64,000 bases of DNA from Cenarchaeum sp. Lineage in GTDB: Archaea; Thermoproteota; Nitrososphaeria; Nitrososphaerales; Nitrosopumilaceae. Shown one piece after another: positions 38,199 to 48,914 of the stretch. The notes under the pieces were generated by a model that saw nothing but the letters and a program-made list of their open reading frames with translations, made no database searches and had not been told where the DNA came from. The DNA lies in the NCBI GenBank assembly GCA_963692915.1, contig OY843584.1, positions 192,001 through 256,000 of the forward strand, given 5' to 3'. Numbering within the stretch: position 1 is the stretch's first letter; each line of letters starts with the position of its first letter. The position numbers and the translations under genes were made by a program.

Positions 38199-38444
38199 GG
38201 GGACGCGCGCGACTCCTCTGCGATAAAACGGTTTGTGGGGGCGCCTGCAGCCACGTGTCGGCTCGCCGGTCAGTGGGGGCATGCCTTTCAGGGGCACGCA
38301 CACGCGCCGTCAGGTGACTCGAACCACTAGGTTTGCCGAGGCCATCTCGGGGCACGGGGGAGACGTTTTGGAGCCGTCTAGGGCACACGTTCGACTGCCG
38401 GTGAGCACAATCGGTTTATAATTGCGCAATGCGCGCGCACGCCC

Positions 38445-39440
38445 GTGCTGGCAATCCAGACAGAGTCGCTTGTAAAGACGTACGGCAGCGCCAATGCCGT
38501 CGACAACATCAGCATAGGCGTCGAGGAGGGCGAGATATTTGGCTTTCTGGGCACAAACGGGGCCGGCAAGTCAACCACAATGATGATCCTCACGACGCTC
38601 CTAAAGCCCACATCAGGCCGCGCAAGCGTCGTGGGCCATGACGTTGTGGACAGCCCAAAGGAGGTCCGGCGCAACATCGGCTATGTGCAGCAGGACACGG
38701 CAGTCGACGAGTTCCTCACGGGCCGCGACAACCTTGTCCTGCAGGCCCGCCTCAACCGCCTGCCGGCTGACGTGCGCAACTCGCGCATAGACGAGATACT
38801 AGAGATGATCGAGCTCGGCGAGCGCGCCGATGACGCGACGGTAAAGTATTCTGGCGGCATGAGAAAGCGCCTCGACATAGCCGGCGGCCTGCTCCACATG
38901 CCGCGTGTCCTCTTTCTTGACGAGCCGACCGTGGGCCTTGACATACAGACGCGACGCAAGATATGGGAGTACATCAAGCGCGTCCATGATGAGTATGGCA
39001 TGACGATATTCCTGACGACGCACTATATGGAGGAGGCCGACAGCCTGTGTGACAGGGTCGGCATAATCGACCGCGGGCGCATAAGGACGGTGGACTCGCC
39101 GTCGTCGCTAAAGTCTGCCATGGGCAGCGAGGTCATCACGATGCGCGTCGAGGGCAACACCGAGGCGCTCGTCTCCTCGATACACGCGCTGCCAGGCATA
39201 CGCGAGATGTCGCGCGACGGCGCGGAGATCACCGTCTACACGTATGACGGGACATCGGTAATACCAAAGATATTTCGCGAGTCAGCCGAAGTTGGCGCGA
39301 GGATTGGATCAATATCGCTAAAGCAGCCGACGCTCGATGACGTGTTCATCTCATACACGGGCCACGAGCTGCGCGACGGCGAGGAGGCCGGCTATGACAG
39401 AAAAAAGGCGTACAGAAAGACGCGGGAGCTGCGCACATAA
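38445..39440 (+). CDS. ABC-2 exporter ATP-binding protein (DrrA-like)
   Basis: GTNGAGKST, YSGGMRKRL, FLDEPTVGLD, TTHYMEEA. Confidence 0.93.
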   Translation: MLAIQTESLVKTYGSANAVDNISIGVEEGEIFGFLGTNGAGKSTTMMILTTLLKPTSGRASVVGHDVVDSPKEVRRNIGYVQQDTAVDEFLTGRDNLVLQARLNRLPADVRNSRIDEILEMIELGERADDATVKYSGGMRKRLDIAGGLLHMPRVLFLDEPTVGLDIQTRRKIWEYIKRVHDEYGMTIFLTTHYMEEADSLCDRVGIIDRGRIRTVDSPSSLKSAMGSEVITMRVEGNTEALVSSIHALPGIREMSRDGAEITVYTYDGTSVIPKIFRESAEVGARIGSISLKQPTLDDVFISYTGHELRDGEEAGYDRKKAYRKTRELRT

Positions 39441-40240
39441 TGGGGGACACTAGTGCGCTCATGCCGCATATCGTCCATGACACGTATACGGTGTTCTGGC
39501 GCGAGCTAAAGCGGTACCGCAAGTCGCGCAGCGGCATACTCATCAGGATGATCCAGCCGGCGATATGGATCATCGTTATCGGCAACACGTTTGCCGGCAC
39601 GCAGCCGCTCATCGAGTCAGTCGGGTTTGACGGCAAGTACATCGACTTTATGGCACCGGGCGTCATAATCCTCACTGCCATATTTACGAGCATCTTTGGC
39701 GGCGTCAACACGCTCTGGGATCGCCGCTATGGGTTTATGGCCAAGACGATAACGTCACCGATCTCGCGCTCGGCCATAGCGCTCGGCAAGATGGGCGCCA
39801 TATCGCTCGTGGCTGCAATGCAGGCCGGCATCATACTTGCGATCGCCCTGCTCATCGGCGTTGACATGGACCTCTTTGCGGTAATGCCAATCATGGCCAT
39901 AGTCATCCTCTTTTCACTGGGCTTTTCGGGCATATCGGTGAGCGTCGCGGCCCTGGCAAAGTCGCAAGAGACGTTCTGGGGACTCATCAACTTTTTGGGA
40001 ATGCCGCTCTTTATGCTCAGCCCCGCGCTCTTTCCGCTCGAGCTCCTCCCCGACTGGCTCGCTGCGGCAGCCAGCGTGAATCCCGTGACGTATGCGATAC
40101 TCATCGTGCGCGGCCTCATGTCCGGCACGCTCGATGCGGCCACGGCGATCCTTGCCATGGGCGTCATCTCGGCCTTTGTCGCCGTCATGGTCGGCGTGAC
40201 GACGTACGTCTTTATGCGCGAGGTCAGCAGGCCGTTCTAG
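39440..40240 (+). CDS. ABC-2 exporter permease
   Basis: Six TMs, FMAPGVI, WDRRYG, LPDWL..VNPVTY. Confidence 0.92.
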   Translation: MGDTSALMPHIVHDTYTVFWRELKRYRKSRSGILIRMIQPAIWIIVIGNTFAGTQPLIESVGFDGKYIDFMAPGVIILTAIFTSIFGGVNTLWDRRYGFMAKTITSPISRSAIALGKMGAISLVAAMQAGIILAIALLIGVDMDLFAVMPIMAIVILFSLGFSGISVSVAALAKSQETFWGLINFLGMPLFMLSPALFPLELLPDWLAAAASVNPVTYAILIVRGLMSGTLDAATAILAMGVISAFVAVMVGVTTYVFMREVSRPF

Positions 40241-40343
40241 CGTCTGGCGCGTGCCGGCACAGCCCCCCGAGTTGGTCAATTTGACCCAATCGGCAACAAA
40301 TAATGACGCACGTGCCCATTTTTGGCCTCCGAGACCCACGCCT

Positions 40344-43300
40344 ATGGGAGCCCCAACACTCGCAGCAGTGGCACTCGTCGCCCTCGCGGCGCTATACGCG
40401 GTGCCGGCAGCAGCCGAGGGGCCGGCCCACGAGTTCATCACGTCATGGGGCTCCCTTGGAGCCTCCGGCGAGGGCAGGTTTAGCGGCCCGACGGGCATCG
40501 CCTCTGACCACGAGGGCAACGTCTATGTGACTGACACGGGCAACGGCCGCGTCCAAAAGTTCAACAACTCGGGGGGCTTTGTGGCCGAGTGGAGCGCCAT
40601 GGGCAACTCGACTGAGTCGCTCTCCTCGCCCATGGGCATTGCGGTTCTCGACAACAGGGTCTATGTCATTGACAGCATTCTCGAGTCAGTCGTCGTGTAC
40701 GACCTTGATGGCACCTATGTCTCATCATGGGGATCGCACGGGGGCGATGCGGGGGAGTTTTTGCAGCCACGCGGGATAGCCGCCGGCAACGGAAGGATCT
40801 ATGTTACTGACACGGGCAACTCGCGTGCCCAGGCGTTCAGCGCAGAGGGAGCGCACATATCCACGTTTGGCACGGACAGGGACGAGGCGGCGCACCTCAG
40901 GTCACCAGTGGGCATTGCAGTTGCCAATGACGCAAGCGTGTTTATCGTTGATCCGGGCAAGATGTCACTGTTCCACTATGGGGTTGACGGGGAGCTCCTC
41001 GATGTCTTTGACGGCACGGTGGCCGGCAAGTCGTTGCGCGCCAGGGGCATGGCAGTCGACGGTGATGGCAAGCTCTATCTGGCCGATGCCCGAAACGACC
41101 GCGTTCTTCGCCTCGAGCCTGACGGCCTGACGCTCTCGGCATGGGGGGATGCCGGTGCAGGCGCGTACAAGTATCTGATGCCGACTGATGTCACCGTTGA
41201 CATATACGGGCAGCTCTTTGTCGTGGACTCGGGCGGGCACTCGATAAAGAAATACTCTACACCGCTTGCGCTAGATGACTCTGAGCGCATCGCCGTGCAC
41301 GAGGAGGCCGCCAGGCAGTTTAGGATCTCACAGGGCCTAGAGGAGCCCGAACAGGCCGCCGAGCCCGCACAAGAGTCGGCGCCACCGGCCGCCCGGCCAG
41401 CACCCCCACCGGCACAGCCGACGGCGCAGCCCGCACCGACAGCACCAGTCGCGCGCTCTGCCCCGCCGACGACGCCACCGGCAGCGCAGCCTGCCCCCGT
41501 CGCGACGGCGACGCTGCAGGTTACGCAGCAGCCCGTGGCCACGGCCCAGCCCGCGCGCGTCATGGCAGTGCCCGGCGACCTCACAAAGCCGACGATATAC
41601 GCCCCGCATGACATCACGGCCGAGGCTTCCGGACCGCTCACAAGGATAAACGTCGGAATGGCCACTGCGAGCGACGAGAGCGGCATACACTCGATCACAA
41701 GCAACGCGCCCTCCGAGTTCTCGCTGGGCACGAGCCTGGTGATCTGGACGGCCATAGACGGTGCGGGCAACCTGGCAATCGCAAGGCAGGAGGTCACCGT
41801 CTCGGACACGACGCCGCCGGCCATGGCAGGCGTGCCTGACATCTCCGTTGAGGCCGTCAGCCCGGACCGCAACTATATCGAGATTCGCGCCCCCGTTGCC
41901 ACCGACGCAGTCGGCGTGCTCGACGTCTCCTCTGATGCGCCAGACCACTATCCGGTCGGGCAGACGACGATCACGTGGACTGCCCGTGACATCTCGGGCA
42001 ACACGGCATCAGCCACGCAGGTCGTGAGCGTCCTGGACACGTCGGCCCCGCAGATCGTCGCGCCGCCGGAGATCACGGCCGAGGCGACAAGCCTGGATGC
42101 GACAGTGGTCTTTCTGGGTGACGCAAGCGTAGTTGACAATGGCCGTATAGTCTCAGTCACGAATGACGCGCCACCGTCATTTGCGCTTGGCAACACGACT
42201 GTCATGTGGATCGCGGTTGACTCGTCGGGAAACCGCTCGCATGATGCGCAGGTTGTGGCCATAGTCGACACGACACCGCCGGAGATCATCGTTCGCGAGG
42301 GAACCGTGGTGGAGGCCGAGTCAGCCGACTCTACCGCCGTGGACCTTGAGGAGCCTGAGGTCAGCGATGTCCAGCGCGTGAGGCTCACAAGCGACGCGCC
42401 TGCGTCGTTTGCCCTCGGCGAGACGACAGTCACGTGGACGGCGACGGACCCCTCGGGCAACACGTCGACTTCTGCACAGCTAGTCACGGTGGCTGACACG
42501 ACGCCGCCGGCCATCGACATCACGCGCACCATCACTGCTGAGGCCAGCAGGTCTGAGGGCAACACTGTCAGCCTCGGCGAGGTTGCAGTCACGGATGTGA
42601 GCGAGATTGCGGGCCTTGCCAATGACGCGCCCGAGTCATACGCGCTAGGCGAGACGACAGTCACGTGGAACGCCACGGACATACACGGCAACACGGCCAC
42701 AGCAGAGCAGACCGTGATCCTAGTCGACACGGTCTCCCCGTCGATCTTTGCGCCAGCTGACGTGACGGCCGAGTATGCCGGCGAGGCAGGAAACAGCGTA
42801 AACGTTGGCACTCCGGTCGCCGCAGACCGCGTGGGCGTCGCCTCGGTGTCAAGTGACGCGCCAGACACATTTGGCCTCGGCGAGACGACAGTCACGTGGA
42901 CCGCGACGGACACGTCAGGCAACGAGTCGACTGCATTGCAGACAATCACAATAGTGGACACGCTAGCGCCTGCCATACGCCCGCCGCCAGACGTGAGCGC
43001 CGAGGCCACTGCAGAGTCCGGCACGGCCGTTGAGGTGGGCCGGGCCACTGCCGCAGACGAGTCCGGCGAGGTCACAGTCACAAGCGACGCGCCTGCCCTC
43101 TTTGAGCTCGGAACCACGACAGTCACGTGGACCGCGACGGACACGTCAGGCAACATGATGAACGCGACGCAGAGGGTGAGCGTGACTGACACGATCCCCC
43201 CAGAGATCAGCGCACCTGCAGGCATACGGGCAGAGGCTGACTCGGAGGACGCAAACACTGTGGATCTCGGCACGGCCCGCGCAACTGACGCGGCAGGCAG

Positions 43301-45380
43301 CGTCACGGTGACAAGCGACGCGCCACTGGCGTTCCCCGTGGGCACCACTACAGTCACGTGGACCGCCGTCGACTCGTCAGGAAACGAGTCCACTGACACG
43401 CAAGAGATCACGTTTGTGGACACGACGAAACCGACAGTTTACGCGCCCGGCGACGTTACGGCCGAGGCCGGTCCGGACGTGCGCCTTGACATAGGCGAGG
43501 CCACGGCCACTGACGCGGTGGGCGTGGATGCGATAACGAGTGACGCGCCAGACTCGTTTGGGCCCGGCGAGACGACAGTTACGTGGACCGCGACGGATGC
43601 GGCGGGAAACTCGGCGAGCGCAACGCACACTGTGACGATAATTGACACGACGCAGCCGCTCATCGTGCCGCCACTGGCGCGCACCATCGAGGCGATGTCT
43701 GAGAACGGCAGTGCCGCAGACATTGGGTGGCCGACGCACTCTGATGCGGGTGGCGGCGTCACGATCGAGGGCGACGCGCCTGCAACGTTTCCCATCGGCG
43801 TGACTGCCGTGACATGGACTGCGACAGATGCGGCAGGCAACGTGCGCTCGGCTACGCAGAGCGTGACCGTCTCGGACACGATCGCCCCGTCAGTCACCCC
43901 GCCTGCTGACATTACCGCAGAGGCGACATCGCGCAACTTGACTGTGGTCGAGATCGGCGAGGCCACGGCCACTGACGCAGTGGGCGTGGTTGCGATAACG
44001 AGCGACGCGCCGGCGGCCTTTGCGCTCGGCGAGACGACAGTCGCGTGGACCGCGACGGATGCTGCAGGAAACTCTGCTAGCGGGCTCCAGATGGTCACCA
44101 TAGTCGACACGACCCCGCCGAGCCTCTCGGCGCCTGCCGATGTGACTGCCGAAGCCTCCTCCTCGGGCACGACTAGCGTGGATATCGGCGAGCCCGAGTC
44201 CACTGACACGGTCTCTGAGGAGATTGTCATCACCAGTGATGCGCCAGACGGCTATGAGCTCGGCGAGACGACAGTCACGTGGACCGCGACGGATGCGGCA
44301 GGCAACTCTGCCTCGCATGAACAGCTTGTGACAGTGGAGGACACGACCCCGCCGACAGTTGTGCCGCCGGCTGACATTGTGGCCGAGGCTGAGTCATCAG
44401 ACGGCTCAGTCGTGGACATTGGGATTGCCGGAACAGAGGACTCTGTTGGCACGATTTCGCTCACAAGTGACGAGCCGGCACTGTTCCCAATCGGCGAGAC
44501 GACAGTCACGTGGACTGCGACGGATGCGGCAGGCAACGAGGGAACCGCAGCACAGCTCGTGACTGTCACTGACACCGTTGCGCCGCGAATCGTCTCACCG
44601 ATTGACATTGTTGCCGAGTCTACCTCAACGAACGGCACGCGCATTGTCCTAGGTGACGCATCCACGTCTGATGCCGTTGGCGTGACGTCCGTGTCCAATG
44701 ACGCGCCAGAGCTCTTTGGACTGGGCAGGACGATGGTCACGTGGGAGGCCACAGATGAGGCAGGCAACATTGCCGTCGCGCTCCAGTCCGTGACCCTCCG
44801 CGACACTGTCGCCCCGCAGATTGAGACTCCTTCAGGCATGACACTCAACGCAACGGCGCCGTTCACGTCAGTCACGCTATCCATACCCATCTTGTCTGAC
44901 GCGGTGGACACCTCGCCTGTCCTGGTCTCTGATGCGCCTGACTCGTTTGCGCTCGGAACGACCATGGTGACCTGGAACGCAACAGACGCGGCCGGCAACA
45001 CGTCAAGCGTCGTCCAGCCAGTCACGGTCCTTGCGTGCGGCACTGCGCACTCGACGTACAACGTGATACGCGGCACGGCCGGTGACGACTCGCTAGTCGG
45101 CACCAGCGCCGCTGACCTGATCTTTGCGCTAGCGGGCAACGACGTCATTAGCGCCGGCGGCGGCAATGACTGCGTGATCGCCGGCGACGGTGATGACGTT
45201 GTCATCGGCGGCGACGGCGCGGACATCCTTGGCGGCAACGCCGGCGATGACGTTGTGCGCGGCCAGGACGGCGATGACCTGCTTGACGGCGGCGAGGGCT
45301 CTGATGTCATCGACGGCGGCGACGGCTCTGACTCGTGCGTGGCCTCTGCAGGCGACTCTGTCCTCCGCTGCGAGGCGTAG
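40344..45380 (+). CDS. Large secreted protein: NHL beta-propeller, Pro/Ala linker, 15 HYR-like domains, C-terminal RTX/hemolysin-type Ca-binding repeats
   Basis: PTGIASD..VYVTDTGNGRVQKF (NHL); repeated DTTPP..FxxGETTVTWTATDAAGN; GGxGxD nonapeptides. Confidence 0.9.
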   Translation: MGAPTLAAVALVALAALYAVPAAAEGPAHEFITSWGSLGASGEGRFSGPTGIASDHEGNVYVTDTGNGRVQKFNNSGGFVAEWSAMGNSTESLSSPMGIAVLDNRVYVIDSILESVVVYDLDGTYVSSWGSHGGDAGEFLQPRGIAAGNGRIYVTDTGNSRAQAFSAEGAHISTFGTDRDEAAHLRSPVGIAVANDASVFIVDPGKMSLFHYGVDGELLDVFDGTVAGKSLRARGMAVDGDGKLYLADARNDRVLRLEPDGLTLSAWGDAGAGAYKYLMPTDVTVDIYGQLFVVDSGGHSIKKYSTPLALDDSERIAVHEEAARQFRISQGLEEPEQAAEPAQESAPPAARPAPPPAQPTAQPAPTAPVARSAPPTTPPAAQPAPVATATLQVTQQPVATAQPARVMAVPGDLTKPTIYAPHDITAEASGPLTRINVGMATASDESGIHSITSNAPSEFSLGTSLVIWTAIDGAGNLAIARQEVTVSDTTPPAMAGVPDISVEAVSPDRNYIEIRAPVATDAVGVLDVSSDAPDHYPVGQTTITWTARDISGNTASATQVVSVLDTSAPQIVAPPEITAEATSLDATVVFLGDASVVDNGRIVSVTNDAPPSFALGNTTVMWIAVDSSGNRSHDAQVVAIVDTTPPEIIVREGTVVEAESADSTAVDLEEPEVSDVQRVRLTSDAPASFALGETTVTWTATDPSGNTSTSAQLVTVADTTPPAIDITRTITAEASRSEGNTVSLGEVAVTDVSEIAGLANDAPESYALGETTVTWNATDIHGNTATAEQTVILVDTVSPSIFAPADVTAEYAGEAGNSVNVGTPVAADRVGVASVSSDAPDTFGLGETTVTWTATDTSGNESTALQTITIVDTLAPAIRPPPDVSAEATAESGTAVEVGRATAADESGEVTVTSDAPALFELGTTTVTWTATDTSGNMMNATQRVSVTDTIPPEISAPAGIRAEADSEDANTVDLGTARATDAAGSVTVTSDAPLAFPVGTTTVTWTAVDSSGNESTDTQEITFVDTTKPTVYAPGDVTAEAGPDVRLDIGEATATDAVGVDAITSDAPDSFGPGETTVTWTATDAAGNSASATHTVTIIDTTQPLIVPPLARTIEAMSENGSAADIGWPTHSDAGGGVTIEGDAPATFPIGVTAVTWTATDAAGNVRSATQSVTVSDTIAPSVTPPADITAEATSRNLTVVEIGEATATDAVGVVAITSDAPAAFALGETTVAWTATDAAGNSASGLQMVTIVDTTPPSLSAPADVTAEASSSGTTSVDIGEPESTDTVSEEIVITSDAPDGYELGETTVTWTATDAAGNSASHEQLVTVEDTTPPTVVPPADIVAEAESSDGSVVDIGIAGTEDSVGTISLTSDEPALFPIGETTVTWTATDAAGNEGTAAQLVTVTDTVAPRIVSPIDIVAESTSTNGTRIVLGDASTSDAVGVTSVSNDAPELFGLGRTMVTWEATDEAGNIAVALQSVTLRDTVAPQIETPSGMTLNATAPFTSVTLSIPILSDAVDTSPVLVSDAPDSFALGTTMVTWNATDAAGNTSSVVQPVTVLACGTAHSTYNVIRGTAGDDSLVGTSAADLIFALAGNDVISAGGGNDCVIAGDGDDVVIGGDGADILGGNAGDDVVRGQDGDDLLDGGEGSDVIDGGDGSDSCVASAGDSVLRCEA

Positions 45381-45476
45381 GCGCGTTTAGGGCCAATTTT
45401 CTATATAGTTAATGGCCAAATACCATATTTTCCTATATTCCATGTGTCAGGTATATATCCAGTGCGATGTGGGATA

Positions 45477-47030
45477 ATGCCAGTGCGACCGGCCACTGCC
45501 CTCATTATTGCGATCACGGCAACGCTTGCGGCCGCTGCGCTAGGCGGGGCGGCCCACGGCCAGCTCGCCGCGCCAAACCCGTCAGTTGACTTTTCGATCA
45601 ACGCCGCCGGCGCGACGTTTCCGTTCCCGCTCATCGACAAGTGGCGCGTCGAGTACGCCAAAGAGTACCCGAACGTGAGCCTCAACTACCAGTCGATCGG
45701 CAGCGGCGGGGGCATAAAGCAGCACATCGAGAAGACCGTCAACTTTGCGGCCAGCGACGCTCCGATGAGGTCAAGCGAGGCGGCCCTTGCGCCAGACACG
45801 CTGCACATCCCCGAGTCCCTTGGCGCAGTGACAGTCGCGTACAACGTCCCCGAGATTCCGGATAGCGGGCTGCGCCTTGATGGCCAGACTGTTGCGATGA
45901 TCTACCTTGGCGAGATTACGCGCTGGAACGACGAGCGCATAGCGGAGCTCAACCCCGGCATCGAGCTTCCCGACGCCGAGATCATCTCAGTGCAGCGCGC
46001 TGATGGCTCGGGGACGACGTTTGTCTTTACTGACTATCTCTCTGCCGTGTCAGCCGAGTTTGAGGAGATGATCGGCAAGGGCAAGAGCGTTCCGTGGCCA
46101 GTCGGCGTGTCCTCACCGGGCAACGAGGGGGTTGCCGGAACCGTGCGCTCAACGCCATACTCTGTGGGGTATGTGGAGCTCGCCTATGCCTTCCAGACGA
46201 GCATGTCATACGCGTATATCCAGAACGGTGATGGCACCGCATACGTAGAGCCGTCGATCATGTCAATAGGCGCAGCATCAGCCGGCGCGTCCACGTCGCT
46301 TCCCGAGGCGGCCGAGTCCTGGGAGGGCGTGAGCATAGTCAACGCGCAGGGCGCTGACTCGTACCCGATATCGAGCCTGACGTACCTCCTCGTGTACAGT
46401 GACCTCGGCGACGTCACGGACTCGATCGACGAGGCACATGCCGTGGTCCACATCATAGACTGGATGCTCACAAGCGGCCAGGCCCACTCCGAGTCGCTCC
46501 TCTACGTCCCGCTGCCAGAGGACGTCGTGCGCATTGGCACAGACGCGCTGCGGCTCATCACGTACAATGGCCGGTCAGTGTGGGCACTAGAGCCTGCCAC
46601 GGCTGCCGAGGGCGCAGCGTCGCAGGCGCCAGGCGAGGGGACCGGCGGGGGCGGATGCCTCATAGCCACGGCCGCATACGGCACGGAGATGGCCCCGCAG
46701 GTCCAGGCACTGCGCGAGATCCGCGACTCGACGCTGCTCGCCACGCCATCAGGCTCGGCGTTCATGTCGCACTTTAACGGCGTGTACTATGCGCTCTCGC
46801 CGGCAGTCGCCGACCTTGAGAGGCAGAGCCCCGAGTTTAGGCATCTCGTGCGCGCCCTCATCACTCCGATGGTGTCGTCGCTTGCCATAATGTCGCTTGC
46901 CGACGGTGGCTCGGATGCTGACGTTCTTGCGCTTGGCCTCTCTGTCATTGCGCTAAACGTGGGCATGTACGTCGCCATGCCGGCTGCCATATCGTCGTGG
47001 GCATGGCGCGCATCGCGCAGGCGGGCGTGA
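45477..47030 (+). CDS. pstS: Phosphate ABC transporter binding protein with CFI-box-CTERM anchor
   Basis: AGATFPFP, YQSIGSGGG, RADGSGTT, YPIS; C-terminal GGCLIATAAYGTE. Confidence 0.95.
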   Translation: MPVRPATALIIAITATLAAAALGGAAHGQLAAPNPSVDFSINAAGATFPFPLIDKWRVEYAKEYPNVSLNYQSIGSGGGIKQHIEKTVNFAASDAPMRSSEAALAPDTLHIPESLGAVTVAYNVPEIPDSGLRLDGQTVAMIYLGEITRWNDERIAELNPGIELPDAEIISVQRADGSGTTFVFTDYLSAVSAEFEEMIGKGKSVPWPVGVSSPGNEGVAGTVRSTPYSVGYVELAYAFQTSMSYAYIQNGDGTAYVEPSIMSIGAASAGASTSLPEAAESWEGVSIVNAQGADSYPISSLTYLLVYSDLGDVTDSIDEAHAVVHIIDWMLTSGQAHSESLLYVPLPEDVVRIGTDALRLITYNGRSVWALEPATAAEGAASQAPGEGTGGGGCLIATAAYGTEMAPQVQALREIRDSTLLATPSGSAFMSHFNGVYYALSPAVADLERQSPEFRHLVRALITPMVSSLAIMSLADGGSDADVLALGLSVIALNVGMYVAMPAAISSWAWRASRRRA

Positions 47031-47036
47031 GCTACA

Positions 47037-47990
47037 ATGCTGCATGCGTCACGGCCACGGCGAGCAATATCTGACAAGATATTCAAGGTCGGCGCCACAA
47101 TCGCCGGCGCATACGTCCTAGTTGTCATCGTGCTCATGGTCTTTGAGCTCACGACCGAGTCAGCACCCGCACTCACCGAGTATGGCCTCGAGTTTGTGAC
47201 GGGCACGGACTGGAACGCAGTCGAGGGCCGCGAGTCCTTTGGCGTCCTGCCGTACCTCTTTGGCACGCTCATCACGTCGGCGATGGCGATGGCAATAGGC
47301 GTCCCGCTCAGCATAGGGATCGCGATGTTCATATCTGATGCGCCTGCGCGCATAGGGCGGCCGCTGGGGTTCGTAGTCGAGCTCCTGGCCGCGGTCCCGA
47401 GCGTCATATACGGGCTCTGGGGCCTCTATGTGTTTCGCGATTACTTTGTCGATTGGGTCGAGAGGCCGCTCCATGCCGTTCTCGGTGACAGCGTGTGGCT
47501 CTTTTCGGGCACGCCATTTGGCCTCGACGTACTCACCGCAAGCGTCGTGCTCGCCATCATGATAATCCCGACAGTCTCGGCCGTCTCGCGCGAGGTCATG
47601 GCTGCCGTCCCGCAGCAGCAAAAGGAGGCCGCATTCATGCTCGGCGCGACGCGCTGGGAGATGTTTCGCCTCGCGATATTCCCCTACTCGCGCATTGGCC
47701 TTGCAGGCGCCGCAATCCTTGGCCTCGGGCGCGCCGTGGGCGAGACGATGGCAGTGACGATGCTCATAGGCAACGCAAAGGGCGCCTCGGCGTTTCCGGC
47801 CTCGCTCTTTTCGCCGAGCCAGACGATGTCGAGCATCATCGCCAACGAGTTCGTCGAGGCCTCGCCTGCATCGCTCCACCTGCCGGCGCTCATCGGCGTG
47901 GGTCTCGTCCTCCTTGCCACGGCCATCCTGATAAACGTCGTTGCGCACCTGCTAGTCAGTCGCATGCGCTCCTCGCGGGGGGGACTCTAG
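47037..47990 (+). CDS. pstC: Phosphate ABC transporter permease PstC
   Basis: ELLAAVPSVIYGLWG, LGLGRAVGETMAV. Confidence 0.95.
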   Translation: MLHASRPRRAISDKIFKVGATIAGAYVLVVIVLMVFELTTESAPALTEYGLEFVTGTDWNAVEGRESFGVLPYLFGTLITSAMAMAIGVPLSIGIAMFISDAPARIGRPLGFVVELLAAVPSVIYGLWGLYVFRDYFVDWVERPLHAVLGDSVWLFSGTPFGLDVLTASVVLAIMIIPTVSAVSREVMAAVPQQQKEAAFMLGATRWEMFRLAIFPYSRIGLAGAAILGLGRAVGETMAVTMLIGNAKGASAFPASLFSPSQTMSSIIANEFVEASPASLHLPALIGVGLVLLATAILINVVAHLLVSRMRSSRGGL

Positions 47991-48914
47991 GTGGACACGT
48001 CGCAAAAGCGCCTAAAGTACAGGGCACTCTTTAGGCAGAACGTGCGCGGGCGCCTGATAAAGGACAAGGCCATGCGCTGCGTCGTCATCGCGTGCGTCAT
48101 AGTGGCCATAGTCCCGCTTGGCAGCATACTCGCCGAGGTCGTGGCCAACGGAGCAATGGCGCTCAGCGTGGGATTCATCACGGAGGTTCCCGGCTCGGCC
48201 GGTTCTGGCGAGGGCGGAGTCGGGCCGGCAATACAGGGGACGCTCATCATCGTCGGCCTCGCAAGCCTCATGGGCGTGCCCATCGGCATCATGTCGGGCA
48301 TATTCCTCTCCGAGTACGGCACGAGCAGGCTTGCCGGCGCCGTACGCTTTTTCACCGACGTCTTTATGCAGTTCCCCTCGATCGTCATGGGGATATTTGC
48401 GTTCTTTGTCATCGTCCTGGTCCTCGGGCACTTTTCTGCATGGGCCGGCGCCTTTGCGCTCTCGCTCATCATGTTTCCGATAGTGTCGCGCACGACTGAG
48501 GAGTCGCTTCGCCTCGTCCAGGGAACGTACCGCGAGGCCGGAGTCGCCCTTGGCCTAAAAAAGTGGACAGTAACGGTGCGCATAGTCATGGCCGCCGCAA
48601 GGGACGGCATGGTCACGGGCATACTCCTCTCCGTCTCCCGCGTCGCCGGCGAGACGGCCCCGCTAATCATGACGATACTCGGGAGCAGCCAGTTCTTTGG
48701 CGGGTTTGGCGGGCCAATGGATGCGCTCCCGCTGCGCATATGGCGCCTCTCGCTTTTGCCCTATGACAGCGCGCAGCTCCACGGGTGGGGCTCGGCCCTG
48801 GTCCTCATTGCGATAATACTCGTCGTCAACGTCTGCGTGCGCTATGCCTTTTCTGGCCATAACCGCGGCGCACTCGCCATGGCCCTCAGGCGGCGCATGG
48901 GGGCGCGGCCTTGA
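47991..48914 (+). CDS. pstA: Phosphate ABC transporter permease PstA
   Basis: [28 protein letters not shown]. Confidence 0.95.
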   Translation: MDTSQKRLKYRALFRQNVRGRLIKDKAMRCVVIACVIVAIVPLGSILAEVVANGAMALSVGFITEVPGSAGSGEGGVGPAIQGTLIIVGLASLMGVPIGIMSGIFLSEYGTSRLAGAVRFFTDVFMQFPSIVMGIFAFFVIVLVLGHFSAWAGAFALSLIMFPIVSRTTEESLRLVQGTYREAGVALGLKKWTVTVRIVMAAARDGMVTGILLSVSRVAGETAPLIMTILGSSQFFGGFGGPMDALPLRIWRLSLLPYDSAQLHGWGSALVLIAIILVVNVCVRYAFSGHNRGALAMALRRRMGARP

